Assembly (NCBI GenBank): GCA_017458655.1
Contig: JAFTAG010000002.1
Coordinates: forward strand, 1 to 52,808
Direction of reading: 5' to 3'
DNA: 52,808 nucleotides
Origin: Ruminiclostridium sp.
GTDB taxonomy: Bacteria; Bacillota; Clostridia; Oscillospirales; Ruminococcaceae
Shown: piece after piece, positions 17,943 through 26,937 of the stretch
Layout: every line of letters starts with the position of its first letter
How positions within the stretch are numbered: position 1 is the first letter of the stretch
Made by a program: the position numbers and the translations under genes
The notes under the pieces: generated by a model
Databases searched by the model: none
What the model saw: only the letters and a program-made list of their open reading frames with translations
Told to the model about the DNA's origin: nothing

Positions 17943-20495
17943 TCAGAGGTTTATCACATTTGAAAGAGTGATATTGACTTTGGAAAGTATCTCGTCGGGA
18001 GTCAGCGGATATTCGAGATATCCTCCCTGCATAAGATCCGCGCCGGCGTGTCTCGCGGCTTCGTACTGACTGCGGTATTCAATGTTCTTGACGCTTGTCT
18101 TGATGCCTCTGCTCGACGCGAGCGAGAATGTCGTGCTCAGCAGGACATCGTCGAATTCGCCGCCGGAGTTGGTTACAAAGCTCGAGCTTACCTTTATCAT
18201 ATCTATATAGGAGTTTTTGAGGACGTGAAGCGGCAGATACTCATTGCCGAAGCTGTCTATACATATCGACATACCGAGACGCTTGAGCTTCCCGAGCGTA
18301 GAAGCGGTATCATTATACGACAGTACATGAGCGCTTTCAGGCACCTCCGCGATAAGCTCCGAGCCGGTCAGCCCGTGATTGGCTATCTCCGCTCTGAACC
18401 GCTCGGGGATAGTTCCCGTCTGCATCTCATGTGTGGTAAGGTTCACGCTGACCTTTATATCCTTCCCGGTAGTCTCTCTTATCCTGCGGCAGAATTCACA
18501 GGCATTCGGCAGCACCCACAGGTCGATAGAAGTATCGAGACCGACCTTTTCCATCAGACGCATAAAAACCTTCGGGGAGATATTTCCCATTTTTTCGCTC
18601 TTCCACCGAAGCAGGGTCTCATAATGGTCAATGACACCGTTTGTGTCGAACACCGGCTGGAAAGCGACCTCGAAGTTTCGCATATCGTCGGCGATAGAGC
18701 GCCTCAGCTCGCTCTCGAGATTGAACGCGGCACCCTTTGCGTCAAGAAATTCGCGGTTGTAGAAAGCGAATGTGTTCTTGCCGTATTCGTTTGCGCGGTA
18801 CAGCGAGAGCGTCGCGGCGCGGTAAAGGTCTTCGCTTGACAGCGTTGAGCTGTTATATACCGCGATACCTATGGCTGCCTCCGCGTACTGCTCGACACCG
18901 TCGATAATGAACGGCTCTTTTATGCGTTCAAGTATCCTCTTGGTGATATCCTGCGCTTCATCGGCGGAGCATTCTTTCGCGACGATCATCATAATACTGC
19001 CGGAATAGCGGTACAGTCCTTCGCCGCCGATATCGGACGCGGATATGAAGCGAGCGACCTCTTTTAACAGCTTGTCGGTATAACGCTGACCGAACACTTC
19101 ATTCAGGAAGCGGGTATTTATTATCTGAACAGCCATAACGGCACCGCTGCCGCCTTTCCTGATTATTTCGGAGATGTCTATATCGAGGCGGGCACGGTTC
19201 TTGATGCCGAGCATATTGTCAAAGAAAGCGAGGTCGTAGAGCTGGCGGTTCTTTTCTTCTATCTGCTTTTCGGATTCACAGCGGAAGATTATTGAGGAGA
19301 CCACCTGCGAAATGCTTCTTATCATCTTTCTGTCGTTGTAGTTCCAGACGTGTGGCTTTTCACGAATAAGATACACGATAAGGCCGTTAACGCCGCTGTT
19401 GTCGCTCATTTTTGATACAGCAAACGCCGAAAGTCCGAGCTCCGGGTAATGTGAGTCATTCTCGTTCGAGAAATAGTGGTCGATATCGGACATCTGTGTC
19501 CTTATCTCGCTATAATGAGCTTTTGCAAATTCATACACATCGGAAAGCGAATTTTCGACAGCCTCGTATCGGCAGAACTCTCTGAACCGGTCGTCCGTAC
19601 CGAAGCCGAATGCCGCGATACCTTCAATTTTAAGGTAATTGCAGGTCATTTCGAGAACACGCATAAGCGCGTCGCCTGCCTTTTCCTCTTCCATAATGAC
19701 AGACTGCATACTGTTTATGAGCATCTGCTGCTCAACATTCGCGCCGAGCTGGCGGTTAACGGCGTTGGAGTTCTCGGTCTCATTGTAGAGCGCTATTATG
19801 GAATGCGCTATACTTGACAGGCAGTCCGCCATACCTTTGAGGAACGGCTCCGCGGCTCTCACGGCATCATAGTCGTCAGAGCCTATGTACCAATAAGCGC
19901 CTATGCGGAAGCTGAAACGAACGGGATATTTCGCGGTGAACGGATATTTAAGTCTGTCGGTCGCGCAGGGCGAGCATATAACCTCGTCATTCTCGTCGAG
20001 CAGCGCCGTGAACAGTCTGCTGTCGGCGGTAAATGGCTTCTGCAGGCGCAGCAGGTAGTCCCGACCGCATATTTCGAGCAGTGAAGCGGTATTGTTGTTG
20101 AGAACGGATATTTTCTTGCCTTCACGGCTCTCAAACGCGCTGATAACGTTATCGTTCGGAGCGCTTTCTATATAGCCGGAAACATCGAGCAGCACTCCCG
20201 AAAAACGGTTATGGGTGTCTGTCCTGCGGCAGCACATATATACCCAGTGTAGCCTGCCCTCGTGTTCTATACGGAAATGTGTATTCAGACGCTGATCGGT
20301 ACTGTTTGAAAAATCGGCGATAGTATCCATAAATACGGGGAAATCGTCAATATATACGAAATCGGAAAAAAGCATCGGCTTAGGCAAGGTCTCACCGCCG
20401 TATTCGCCAACGACTGTCAGGGAAACACTACCGGAAGCGTGTACGTTTATATCCAGACAATTGCTTTTTTTCAGCAAAGTGAACAGATCCGACAT
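17943..20495 (-). CDS. Sensor (PAS/GAF-like) GGDEF-EAL protein, both output domains degenerate
   Basis: LAFFDNMLGIKNR linker; GGDEF position reads YRYSGSIM; EAL region FQP..YETLLRW, SVNL, IDSFGNEY, MQG. Confidence 0.85.
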   Translation of the reverse strand: MSDLFTLLKKSNCLDINVHASGSVSLTVVGEYGGETLPKPMLFSDFVYIDDFPVFMDTIADFSNSTDQRLNTHFRIEHEGRLHWVYMCCRRTDTHNRFSGVLLDVSGYIESAPNDNVISAFESREGKKISVLNNNTASLLEICGRDYLLRLQKPFTADSRLFTALLDENDEVICSPCATDRLKYPFTAKYPVRFSFRIGAYWYIGSDDYDAVRAAEPFLKGMADCLSSIAHSIIALYNETENSNAVNRQLGANVEQQMLINSMQSVIMEEEKAGDALMRVLEMTCNYLKIEGIAAFGFGTDDRFREFCRYEAVENSLSDVYEFAKAHYSEIRTQMSDIDHYFSNENDSHYPELGLSAFAVSKMSDNSGVNGLIVYLIREKPHVWNYNDRKMIRSISQVVSSIIFRCESEKQIEEKNRQLYDLAFFDNMLGIKNRARLDIDISEIIRKGGSGAVMAVQIINTRFLNEVFGQRYTDKLLKEVARFISASDIGGEGLYRYSGSIMMIVAKECSADEAQDITKRILERIKEPFIIDGVEQYAEAAIGIAVYNSSTLSSEDLYRAATLSLYRANEYGKNTFAFYNREFLDAKGAAFNLESELRRSIADDMRNFEVAFQPVFDTNGVIDHYETLLRWKSEKMGNISPKVFMRLMEKVGLDTSIDLWVLPNACEFCRRIRETTGKDIKVSVNLTTHEMQTGTIPERFRAEIANHGLTGSELIAEVPESAHVLSYNDTASTLGKLKRLGMSICIDSFGNEYLPLHVLKNSYIDMIKVSSSFVTNSGGEFDDVLLSTTFSLASSRGIKTSVKNIEYRSQYEAARHAGADLMQGGYLEYPLTPDEILSKVNITLSNVINL

Positions 20496-20779
20496 TTCAA
20501 CACCTTCTCGCTGCGGAAGACGGTACAGACGTCTTCCTTCTTAATAATATATTCTGCCAAAGTGCCCGCCGTTATGCGGTTTAAACGGGCATAGCTGCAA
20601 TTACAGATCTTACTATATATAAATATAACACAATTTTTCAACAAAATCAAGAGTTTTTTGTAAATTTTTACATTATTTTTTAAAAAAAGTAATTCCGTTC
20701 GCCGTATTTATCTTATTCTTGCCGCATTCAAAGGATTTGTGAAAATTTTGTGAAATTAAAAAAACATCAAAAAAAACTG

Positions 20780-20808
20780 TTGACAAACGGTTGAAAATAT
20801 GTTAGAAT
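20780..20808 (+). promoter_or_regulatory. sigmaA promoter upstream of the T-box leader
   Basis: TTGACA-N17-TAGAAT with TG extension. Confidence 0.75.
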
Positions 20809-20814
20809 TCATTC

Positions 20815-21075
20815 AATGACTGTGACGAAGATCGTCGGTATGAATGTTTTCAGAAAGCCGCCGGGTGATGCGAGGCGGTATCGGACATACCAAAGACAGC
20901 TCCCTTCCGAGTCGGAAATGTAAAAGGGTCACCGAGTAATGTTTCCCGTCCTGCCGCGTTAAGGCATAAGGCTTACAGGAGCCTGAGGTGGCGCAGATGA
21001 TGCGCAATTTGAGTGGTACCGCGGGTATAAGATCATTCCCGTCTCAAAGAAAAGCTTTGGGACGGTTTTTATTTT
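20815..21075 (+). ncRNA. T-box riboswitch leader, probable Leu (CUC) specifier
   Basis: Stem I with GA motifs, AGAAAG bulge and GGTGATGCGA distal loop; T-box GAGTGGTACCGCG at 21011-21023; terminator ccgtctcaaag...ctttgggacggttttt at 21039-21070; CTC at 20900-20902. Confidence 0.88.
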
Positions 21076-21123
21076 TTCCGAAACCGTTCCGTAATCCAAA
21101 ACCGCTTATGGAGGTAAAACGAA

Positions 21124-23649
21124 ATGAAATTAAGCTTCTCAACTCTCGCCTGTCACGACTTTGAATGGTCGGACATCTATTCAATGGCTAAGGATCTCGG
21201 ATTTGACGGTATCGAGATACGCGGCCTCGGCAACGACATCTTCTCCGTGAAGGCAAAACCGTTCACAGAAAAGCAGCTCCCACACACGATAGCCAAGCTC
21301 AAAAGCCTCGGTCTCGAGATCTCCTGCTTCTCTTCCGGTGCCACACTGCGCTTTAAGGAGAGATCCAAGGAGAACAAGGAAGAAATTATCGAATATATGA
21401 AGCTCGCCGGGAAAATGGGCACTTCCTTTGTGCGTATTCTTGCAGATGACGGCCTTGCGCCCTCCGGTCTCGTTGACGATGACTTCATCATATCCGAGCT
21501 GAAAGAGCTTGCTCCTATGGCAGAGCTTTATAATGTGACGCTGCTTGTCGAGACAAACGGCGATTACTGCGATACAAAGCGTCTTTGCAAAGTTCTCGAA
21601 AGCGTAGGCAGCCGCAAGGTCGGCGCGCTCTGGGATATGCACCACCCGTACAGATTCACCGGCGAGGCTCCGGAAACTACCGTAGCCAACCTCGGCGAGC
21701 ATATCAAATATACGCACATCAAGGACAGCGTTATGAACAACGGCAAGCTCGAATACAAGCTTATGGGCGAGGGCGATATGCCTATAAAGGATATGCTCGA
21801 CGCTCTGAAAAGCATTAACTACGGTGGCTTTGTTACGCTTGAATGGGTAAAGCGCTGGTCGAACGAGCTCTGCGATGCCGGCGTCGTAATACCGCATTTT
21901 ATGAACTATATGAGCCCCTACAGGAGCCGCCACAAGCACGCCCTGCAGGACAATATGAGAAAGACCGGCAAGTATGTATGGCCGAAGGAGCGCATCATCG
22001 ACTACACCTTCCCGGACGTTCTCGACAGAATGTGTGAGGAATTCCCGAACCAGTACGCTTTCAGATATACCGAGCTCGATTACACAAGAACATACCCCGA
22101 ATTCCGTGACGATGTTGACAACTTCGCCCGCGCACTTGTTGCAATGGGTGTCAAGAAGGGCGACCATGTGGCTATCTGGGCTACAAACGTTCCCTCGTGG
22201 TATATCACTTTCTGGGCAACTACAAAGATCGGCGCCGTGCTCGTCACCGTAAATACGGCTTACAAGATACACGAGACCGAGTATCTGCTCAAACAGTCCG
22301 ATACCCACACGCTCGTAATGATAGAGAATCACAAGGACTGCGATTACAAGAGCATTATACGCGAGATATGCCCCGAGCTCGATACCTGCGAAAAGGGCAG
22401 GCTCAACTCAAAGCGTCTGCCTGTTCTGAAAAATATCATCACCGACGGTTTTGAGATGCCCGGCGCATATACATGGGAGGAAGCCAACGCAAAGGCCGCA
22501 GAAGTTCCCTACAGCGACGTTGAGAAGCTTCGCCGCACCGTTGACAAGCATGATGTGGCTAATATGCAGTACACATCGGGCACAACGGGCTTCCCGAAGG
22601 GCGTTATGCTCACGCATTACAATGTTGTGAACAACGGTAAGGCTATCGGCGACTGCATGGATCTGTCCACAGCCGACCGTATGATGATACAGGTGCCGAT
22701 GTTCCATTGCTTCGGCATGGTGCTCGCAATGACAGCTTCCATGACGCACGGCGTTACAATGTCGCCTATCCCCGCGTTCTCGCCGAGAAAGAGCCTCAAT
22801 TGCATCAACAAGGAAAAGATCACCTGCTTCCACGGCGTTCCGACAATGTTTATCGCTATGCTCGGTCACGAAGACTTCCCCAAGACGGACTTTTCTTATA
22901 TGCGCACCGGTATTATGGCCGGCTCCCCCTGCCCTATCAAGACTATGCAGGACGTTATAGAGAAAATGCACATGGACGAGATATGTATAACCTACGGACA
23001 GACGGAAGCTTCTCCCGCCACTACAATGTCCAAGACTACCGACAGCGTTGAGCAGCGTGTAAATACGGTAGGAGGCCCGATATTCGGCGTAGAATGCAAA
23101 ATAGTTGACCCCGAGACGAACGAGGATCTGCCCGATGACGTTGACGGCGAGTTCGTAGCAAGAGGCTATAACATAATGAAGGGCTATTACAAGATGCCCG
23201 AAGCGACCGCGGCTGCAATAGACAGCGAGGGCTGGCTGCATACCGGCGACCTTGCGAGAAGACGTTCGTCCGACGGTTATTACAAGATCACAGGCCGAAT
23301 CAAGGATATGATAATCCGCGGCGGTGAGAACATCTACCCGAAGGAGATAGAGGACTTCCTCTATACCCACCCGAAAATCGAGGACGTGCAGGTCATAGGC
23401 GTTCCCGACAAGGATTACGGCGAGGAGATAATGGCGTGCATAATCCTCAAAGAGGGCGAGACCTCCGATGAAGAGGAAATGAAGCAGTTTGTGCGCGACC
23501 ACATGGCAAAGCATAAAGTTCCGCGCTATATCGACTTCGTCAAGGAATTCCCGATGAACGCAGCCGGAAAGATACTTAAATACAAGATGCGCGAAGCTGC
23601 TGTCGAAAAGCTCGGCCTGCACAGCGCAAACAAGATAATCACAGCATAA
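21124..23649 (+). CDS. Fusion of a xylose-isomerase-like/AP-endonuclease-2 TIM barrel and an AMP-binding acyl-CoA synthetase
   Basis: N-terminal GFDGIE, LLVET, WDMHH, HIKD, TLEW metal motifs; C-terminal QYTSGTTGFPKG, YGQTE, WLHTGD, GRIKDMIIRGGENIYP, GKILK. Confidence 0.9.
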   Translation: MKLSFSTLACHDFEWSDIYSMAKDLGFDGIEIRGLGNDIFSVKAKPFTEKQLPHTIAKLKSLGLEISCFSSGATLRFKERSKENKEEIIEYMKLAGKMGTSFVRILADDGLAPSGLVDDDFIISELKELAPMAELYNVTLLVETNGDYCDTKRLCKVLESVGSRKVGALWDMHHPYRFTGEAPETTVANLGEHIKYTHIKDSVMNNGKLEYKLMGEGDMPIKDMLDALKSINYGGFVTLEWVKRWSNELCDAGVVIPHFMNYMSPYRSRHKHALQDNMRKTGKYVWPKERIIDYTFPDVLDRMCEEFPNQYAFRYTELDYTRTYPEFRDDVDNFARALVAMGVKKGDHVAIWATNVPSWYITFWATTKIGAVLVTVNTAYKIHETEYLLKQSDTHTLVMIENHKDCDYKSIIREICPELDTCEKGRLNSKRLPVLKNIITDGFEMPGAYTWEEANAKAAEVPYSDVEKLRRTVDKHDVANMQYTSGTTGFPKGVMLTHYNVVNNGKAIGDCMDLSTADRMMIQVPMFHCFGMVLAMTASMTHGVTMSPIPAFSPRKSLNCINKEKITCFHGVPTMFIAMLGHEDFPKTDFSYMRTGIMAGSPCPIKTMQDVIEKMHMDEICITYGQTEASPATTMSKTTDSVEQRVNTVGGPIFGVECKIVDPETNEDLPDDVDGEFVARGYNIMKGYYKMPEATAAAIDSEGWLHTGDLARRRSSDGYYKITGRIKDMIIRGGENIYPKEIEDFLYTHPKIEDVQVIGVPDKDYGEEIMACIILKEGETSDEEEMKQFVRDHMAKHKVPRYIDFVKEFPMNAAGKILKYKMREAAVEKLGLHSANKIITA

Positions 23650-23701
23650 TACACAAAGCCGCAGTTCACTTGACACTGCGGCCTTATTCTTACAAAAATG
23701 A

Positions 23702-23730
23702 TTGACATTTACCGCCAACCGTGATATAAT
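23702..23730 (+). promoter_or_regulatory. Consensus sigmaA promoter of tRNA-Leu
   Basis: TTGACA-N17-TATAAT with TG extension, 8 nt before the tRNA. Confidence 0.85.
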
Positions 23731-23738
23731 TAACATAT

Positions 23739-23821
23739 GCGGGTATGGCGGAACTGGCAGACGCGCCGGATTTAGGTTCCGGTGGGCAACCGTGCAGGTT
23801 CAACTCCTGTTACCCGCACCA
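23739..23821 (+). tRNA. tRNA-Leu (TAG)
   Basis: gcgggta/tacccgc acceptor stem, ccgga-tt-TAG-gt-tccgg anticodon arm, long variable arm, GGTTCAACTCC T arm, encoded CCA. Confidence 0.95.
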
Positions 23822-23924
23822 GCCAGCGTGACGCTGGATCCAATCCCGTCTCGGGCGTACAGCCCGGGGCGGATTTTCTTCCTCGCCGTTCAGAGTAAAT
23901 ATCTAAAATGTTTGGCAGCGCCTC

Positions 23925-24026
23925 AATGAACAGTGAATAATGAATAGTTTATAGTAAAAAAGCGCCACACAGGTGCGCCGTTTCTGTATTATTCATTATT
24001 CACTCTTCATTTTTCACTATTCACTA
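23925..24026. repeat. Heptamer repeat element, copy C
   Basis: aatgaacagtgaataatgaatagtt...tattattcattattcactcttcatttttcactattcacta; inverted heptamer arrays around a small GC hairpin. Confidence 0.8.
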
Positions 24027-24142
24027 AAAATCGTCCTGCGGTATCCTATACTCTTTTATTTTCAATCTATAGACAAATATTTCTTTACCGCATTTTTAAA
24101 AAACTCCCCCGGTACGCGGCCGAGGGAGCATTTTTAATTGTA

Positions 24143-24412
24143 TCAAGCGTGATGAGGATGACCCTTTACAAATTCCAGTGCATTGATGCAGGCTACGCGA
24201 ACATCTATCGAACGCTGCTGCGCCATTGCGTTGCTTATCTTGGAAAAGAGAGCGCCTTTCTCGGAGCTGACATATTTAGCGGGCAGAGAATTAAGCGCCA
24301 GACACATCATATCGTCCATACAATGCTCACAGGTGCAGCACTCGGGGTCTTCCTTCAGCAGCTCCTGAAGAGCTACCTCAACTATACCTTCCATTGAATT
24401 CATTACAGCCAT
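24143..24412 (-). CDS. comFB: ComFB family (late competence development) protein
   Basis: N.ME..V, CCTCEHC..D..CLALN.LPAKY, V..HPHH signature; AAAGGA SD before ATG 24412. Confidence 0.85.
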   Translation of the reverse strand: MAVMNSMEGIVEVALQELLKEDPECCTCEHCMDDMMCLALNSLPAKYVSSEKGALFSKISNAMAQQRSIDVRVACINALEFVKGHPHHA

Positions 24413-24614
24413 AATATGATTCCTTTCTGCATAAAGCCCATGCTGCCGATGTGCATTATACGGCAGATATAAACTATACAAGTATATTATACAATAAAAA
24501 TCTTATTTTGTCAACAAAATTCGTCAAAAATATAAAATTATTTTTACAACGGCTCATTTAAGCGTCTTTAAAAAGTGTTTTATCTTATTTTTTTTAAATT
24601 TATGTTTTATGCTA

Positions 24615-24643
24615 TTGCAAATGTCGTAAAAATTTGCTATAAT
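24615..24643 (+). promoter_or_regulatory. sigmaA promoter upstream of the proBA leader
   Basis: TTGCAA-N17-TATAAT with TG extension. Confidence 0.6.
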
Positions 24644-24660
24644 ATAATAAATATGTGTAA

Positions 24661-24854
24661 TAGGCGATTGTAAAAGTTTAAACGTATCTCTCCACCCCAC
24701 CGGCGGGGAGAGATACAAAAATAAAACTTTTATATCTTAAAAGTGAAATTTAAGAAAACTTTTGTTTCTGTCTCCCCCGCCGGAGGCGGGGGAGACAGAA
24801 ACGTGAAACTTAATTTTCCGCTTAAGTTGTGAACAGTGATTTTACAATCGGCTA
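24661..24854. repeat. Palindromic REP-doublet/MITE-like element in the proB leader
   Basis: 14/15-bp terminal inverted repeat (taggcgattgtaaaa / ttttacaatcggcta) enclosing two related GC hairpins, one with a perfect 18-bp stem (24764-24802). Confidence 0.7.
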
Positions 24855-24882
24855 AAATATGTTTAAATTTGTGAGGACAATT

Positions 24883-25671
24883 ATGGATAAGATCAAAAAT
24901 GCCAAACGTGTTGTAATAAAAGTCGGAACATCAACTCTTTGTTATAAGACCGGCAATCTCAACATCAGACGGGTACGCAAGCTTGTGGAAGTAATGTCCG
25001 ATCTCAAAAACGAGGGACGCGATATCATACTTGTCACATCTGGTGCGGTAGGTATCGGCGTCGGACGTGCCGGGCTCACCTCACGACCAAAGGACATACC
25101 CACAAAGCAGGCGTGCGCGGCGATCGGCCAATGCGAGCTTATGAACATATATGACCGCGAATTCTCCAAATTCAACCACACGGTCGCGCAGCTTCTCGTA
25201 ACAAGAGACGTTATAAGCAACAAGACCCGCCGCGAGAATGCTTTCAATACCCTGCACCGGCTGCTCGAAATGAATATCGTTCCTATCATCAACGCGAACG
25301 ATACCGTGTCTATCGAACAGCTCGACTTTGACGAGAACGACACGCTTTCCGCAATGACAGCACAGCTCTGCGAAGCCGACCTGCTTATTATACTTACCGA
25401 CATTGACGGTCTTTATGACCGTAACCCTTCCGACCCGGAAGCAAAGCATATCCCGGTAGTTACAAAGCTGACCGACGAGATGATAAATGCCGCGAGACAA
25501 AAAGGCAGCGAGCTTGCCAGCGGCGGTATGATAACCAAGCTCGAGGCTGCTGCGATCGCCGGAGAGAGCGGAATACCGACGGTCATTTTCAACGGTGACG
25601 ATCCGGAAAACCTCTACGGGATATTCGACGGAACCGTTAAATGCACACTGTTCGATCTTGAACAAAAGTAA
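24883..25671 (+). CDS. proB: Glutamate 5-kinase (short form without PUA domain)
   Basis: RVVIKVGTSTL, VTSGAVG, AAIGQ, PIINAND, DENDTLSA, GGMITK. Confidence 0.93.
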   Translation: MDKIKNAKRVVIKVGTSTLCYKTGNLNIRRVRKLVEVMSDLKNEGRDIILVTSGAVGIGVGRAGLTSRPKDIPTKQACAAIGQCELMNIYDREFSKFNHTVAQLLVTRDVISNKTRRENAFNTLHRLLEMNIVPIINANDTVSIEQLDFDENDTLSAMTAQLCEADLLIILTDIDGLYDRNPSDPEAKHIPVVTKLTDEMINAARQKGSELASGGMITKLEAAAIAGESGIPTVIFNGDDPENLYGIFDGTVKCTLFDLEQK

Positions 25672-25686
25672 AAAAGGAGTAATAAT

Positions 25687-26928
25687 ATGGGATATATAGA
25701 TGAACTCGGAATTGCCGCAAGAAAAGCCGAAGCGGCCATGACAGAAATAGGCACGACACAGAAGAACGACGCTCTCAGAGCGATAGCCGACAGCCTTCTC
25801 AAAAACAAGGATACCATTACTAAAGAAAACAAGCGCGATTTGGAAAATGCCAAAGCGAACGGTATGACAGAGGCATTCATTGACCGTCTGACACTTACCG
25901 AAGCGCGTATCGAGGGTATGAGCACCGGAGTATTGCAGGTAATGGAGCTCAAAGACCCGATCAATGAGATCATCGGCGGCGAAACGCTTCCCAACGGACT
26001 TATCGTTAAAAAGGTACGCGTTCCGCTCGGCGTTATCGGCATTATATTTGAGTCACGCCCGAATGTTACCGTTGACGCGGCGGCACTTTGCCTCAAATCC
26101 GGCAACATCTGCATTCTTCGCGGCGGCAGTGACGCTATCTACTCAAACAAGTGCCTTACAAGCATTATGCGCGAAGCGTTAAAGGGAGCAGGGCTTCCCG
26201 AGGACGCCGTTCAGCTCGTTGCTGATACGTCAAGAGCCGTTGCGGGAGATATGATGAAGGCCGACAATTATATCGACGTGCTGATACCGCGCGGCGGCGG
26301 CGGACTTATCCGCTCGGTGAAGCAGAATTCCACTATCCCCGTGATACAGACCGGCGAGGGCAACTGCCACGTCTATGTCGATCGTTTCGCCGATATCGAA
26401 AAAGCGCTTAATATCACGGATAATGCCAAGACACAGCGTCCGAGCGTCTGCAACGCTATTGAGACTATTCTTGTACACAAGGATGTCGCGGAACAGTTCT
26501 ACACCGCTCTGAACAAAAAGTGGAACGGAAAAGTAAAGATCTACGGCGACGAGATCTGCGCAAAGTATATGAACATCGACCGTCCCGCTACAGATGAGGA
26601 CTACGCGACCGAATTCAACGACTATGTTATCGCGGCAAAGACCGTTTCAAGCCTCGATGAAGCTATCGAGCATATCAACAAATACGGGACCAAGCACAGC
26701 GAATGCATTGTCACTATAAATCTCGACAACGCTATGAAGTTCCAGAGATGTGTTGATGCCGCTGCCGTATATGTGAACGCGAGCACACGCTTCACCGACG
26801 GGTTTGAATTCGGACTCGGCGCAGAGATCGGCATTTCCACACAGAAGCTGCATGCGAGAGGGCCTATGGGACTCCGGGAGCTTACAACATACAAATACCT
26901 GATAACCGGCTGCGGCCAGATCAGATAA
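25687..26928 (+). CDS. proA: Gamma-glutamyl phosphate reductase
   Basis: VPLGVIGIIFESRPNV, CNAIET, NASTRFTDG, ISTQKLHARGPMG. Confidence 0.96.
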   Translation: MGYIDELGIAARKAEAAMTEIGTTQKNDALRAIADSLLKNKDTITKENKRDLENAKANGMTEAFIDRLTLTEARIEGMSTGVLQVMELKDPINEIIGGETLPNGLIVKKVRVPLGVIGIIFESRPNVTVDAAALCLKSGNICILRGGSDAIYSNKCLTSIMREALKGAGLPEDAVQLVADTSRAVAGDMMKADNYIDVLIPRGGGGLIRSVKQNSTIPVIQTGEGNCHVYVDRFADIEKALNITDNAKTQRPSVCNAIETILVHKDVAEQFYTALNKKWNGKVKIYGDEICAKYMNIDRPATDEDYATEFNDYVIAAKTVSSLDEAIEHINKYGTKHSECIVTINLDNAMKFQRCVDAAAVYVNASTRFTDGFEFGLGAEIGISTQKLHARGPMGLRELTTYKYLITGCGQIR

Positions 26929-26937
26929 GGAGATAAG

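Noticed and set aside
20813-21007. 64-aa minus-strand ORF; also 23702-23929 and 35755-36408
   Set aside because: They overlap the T-box or tRNA genes, which explain the sequence.
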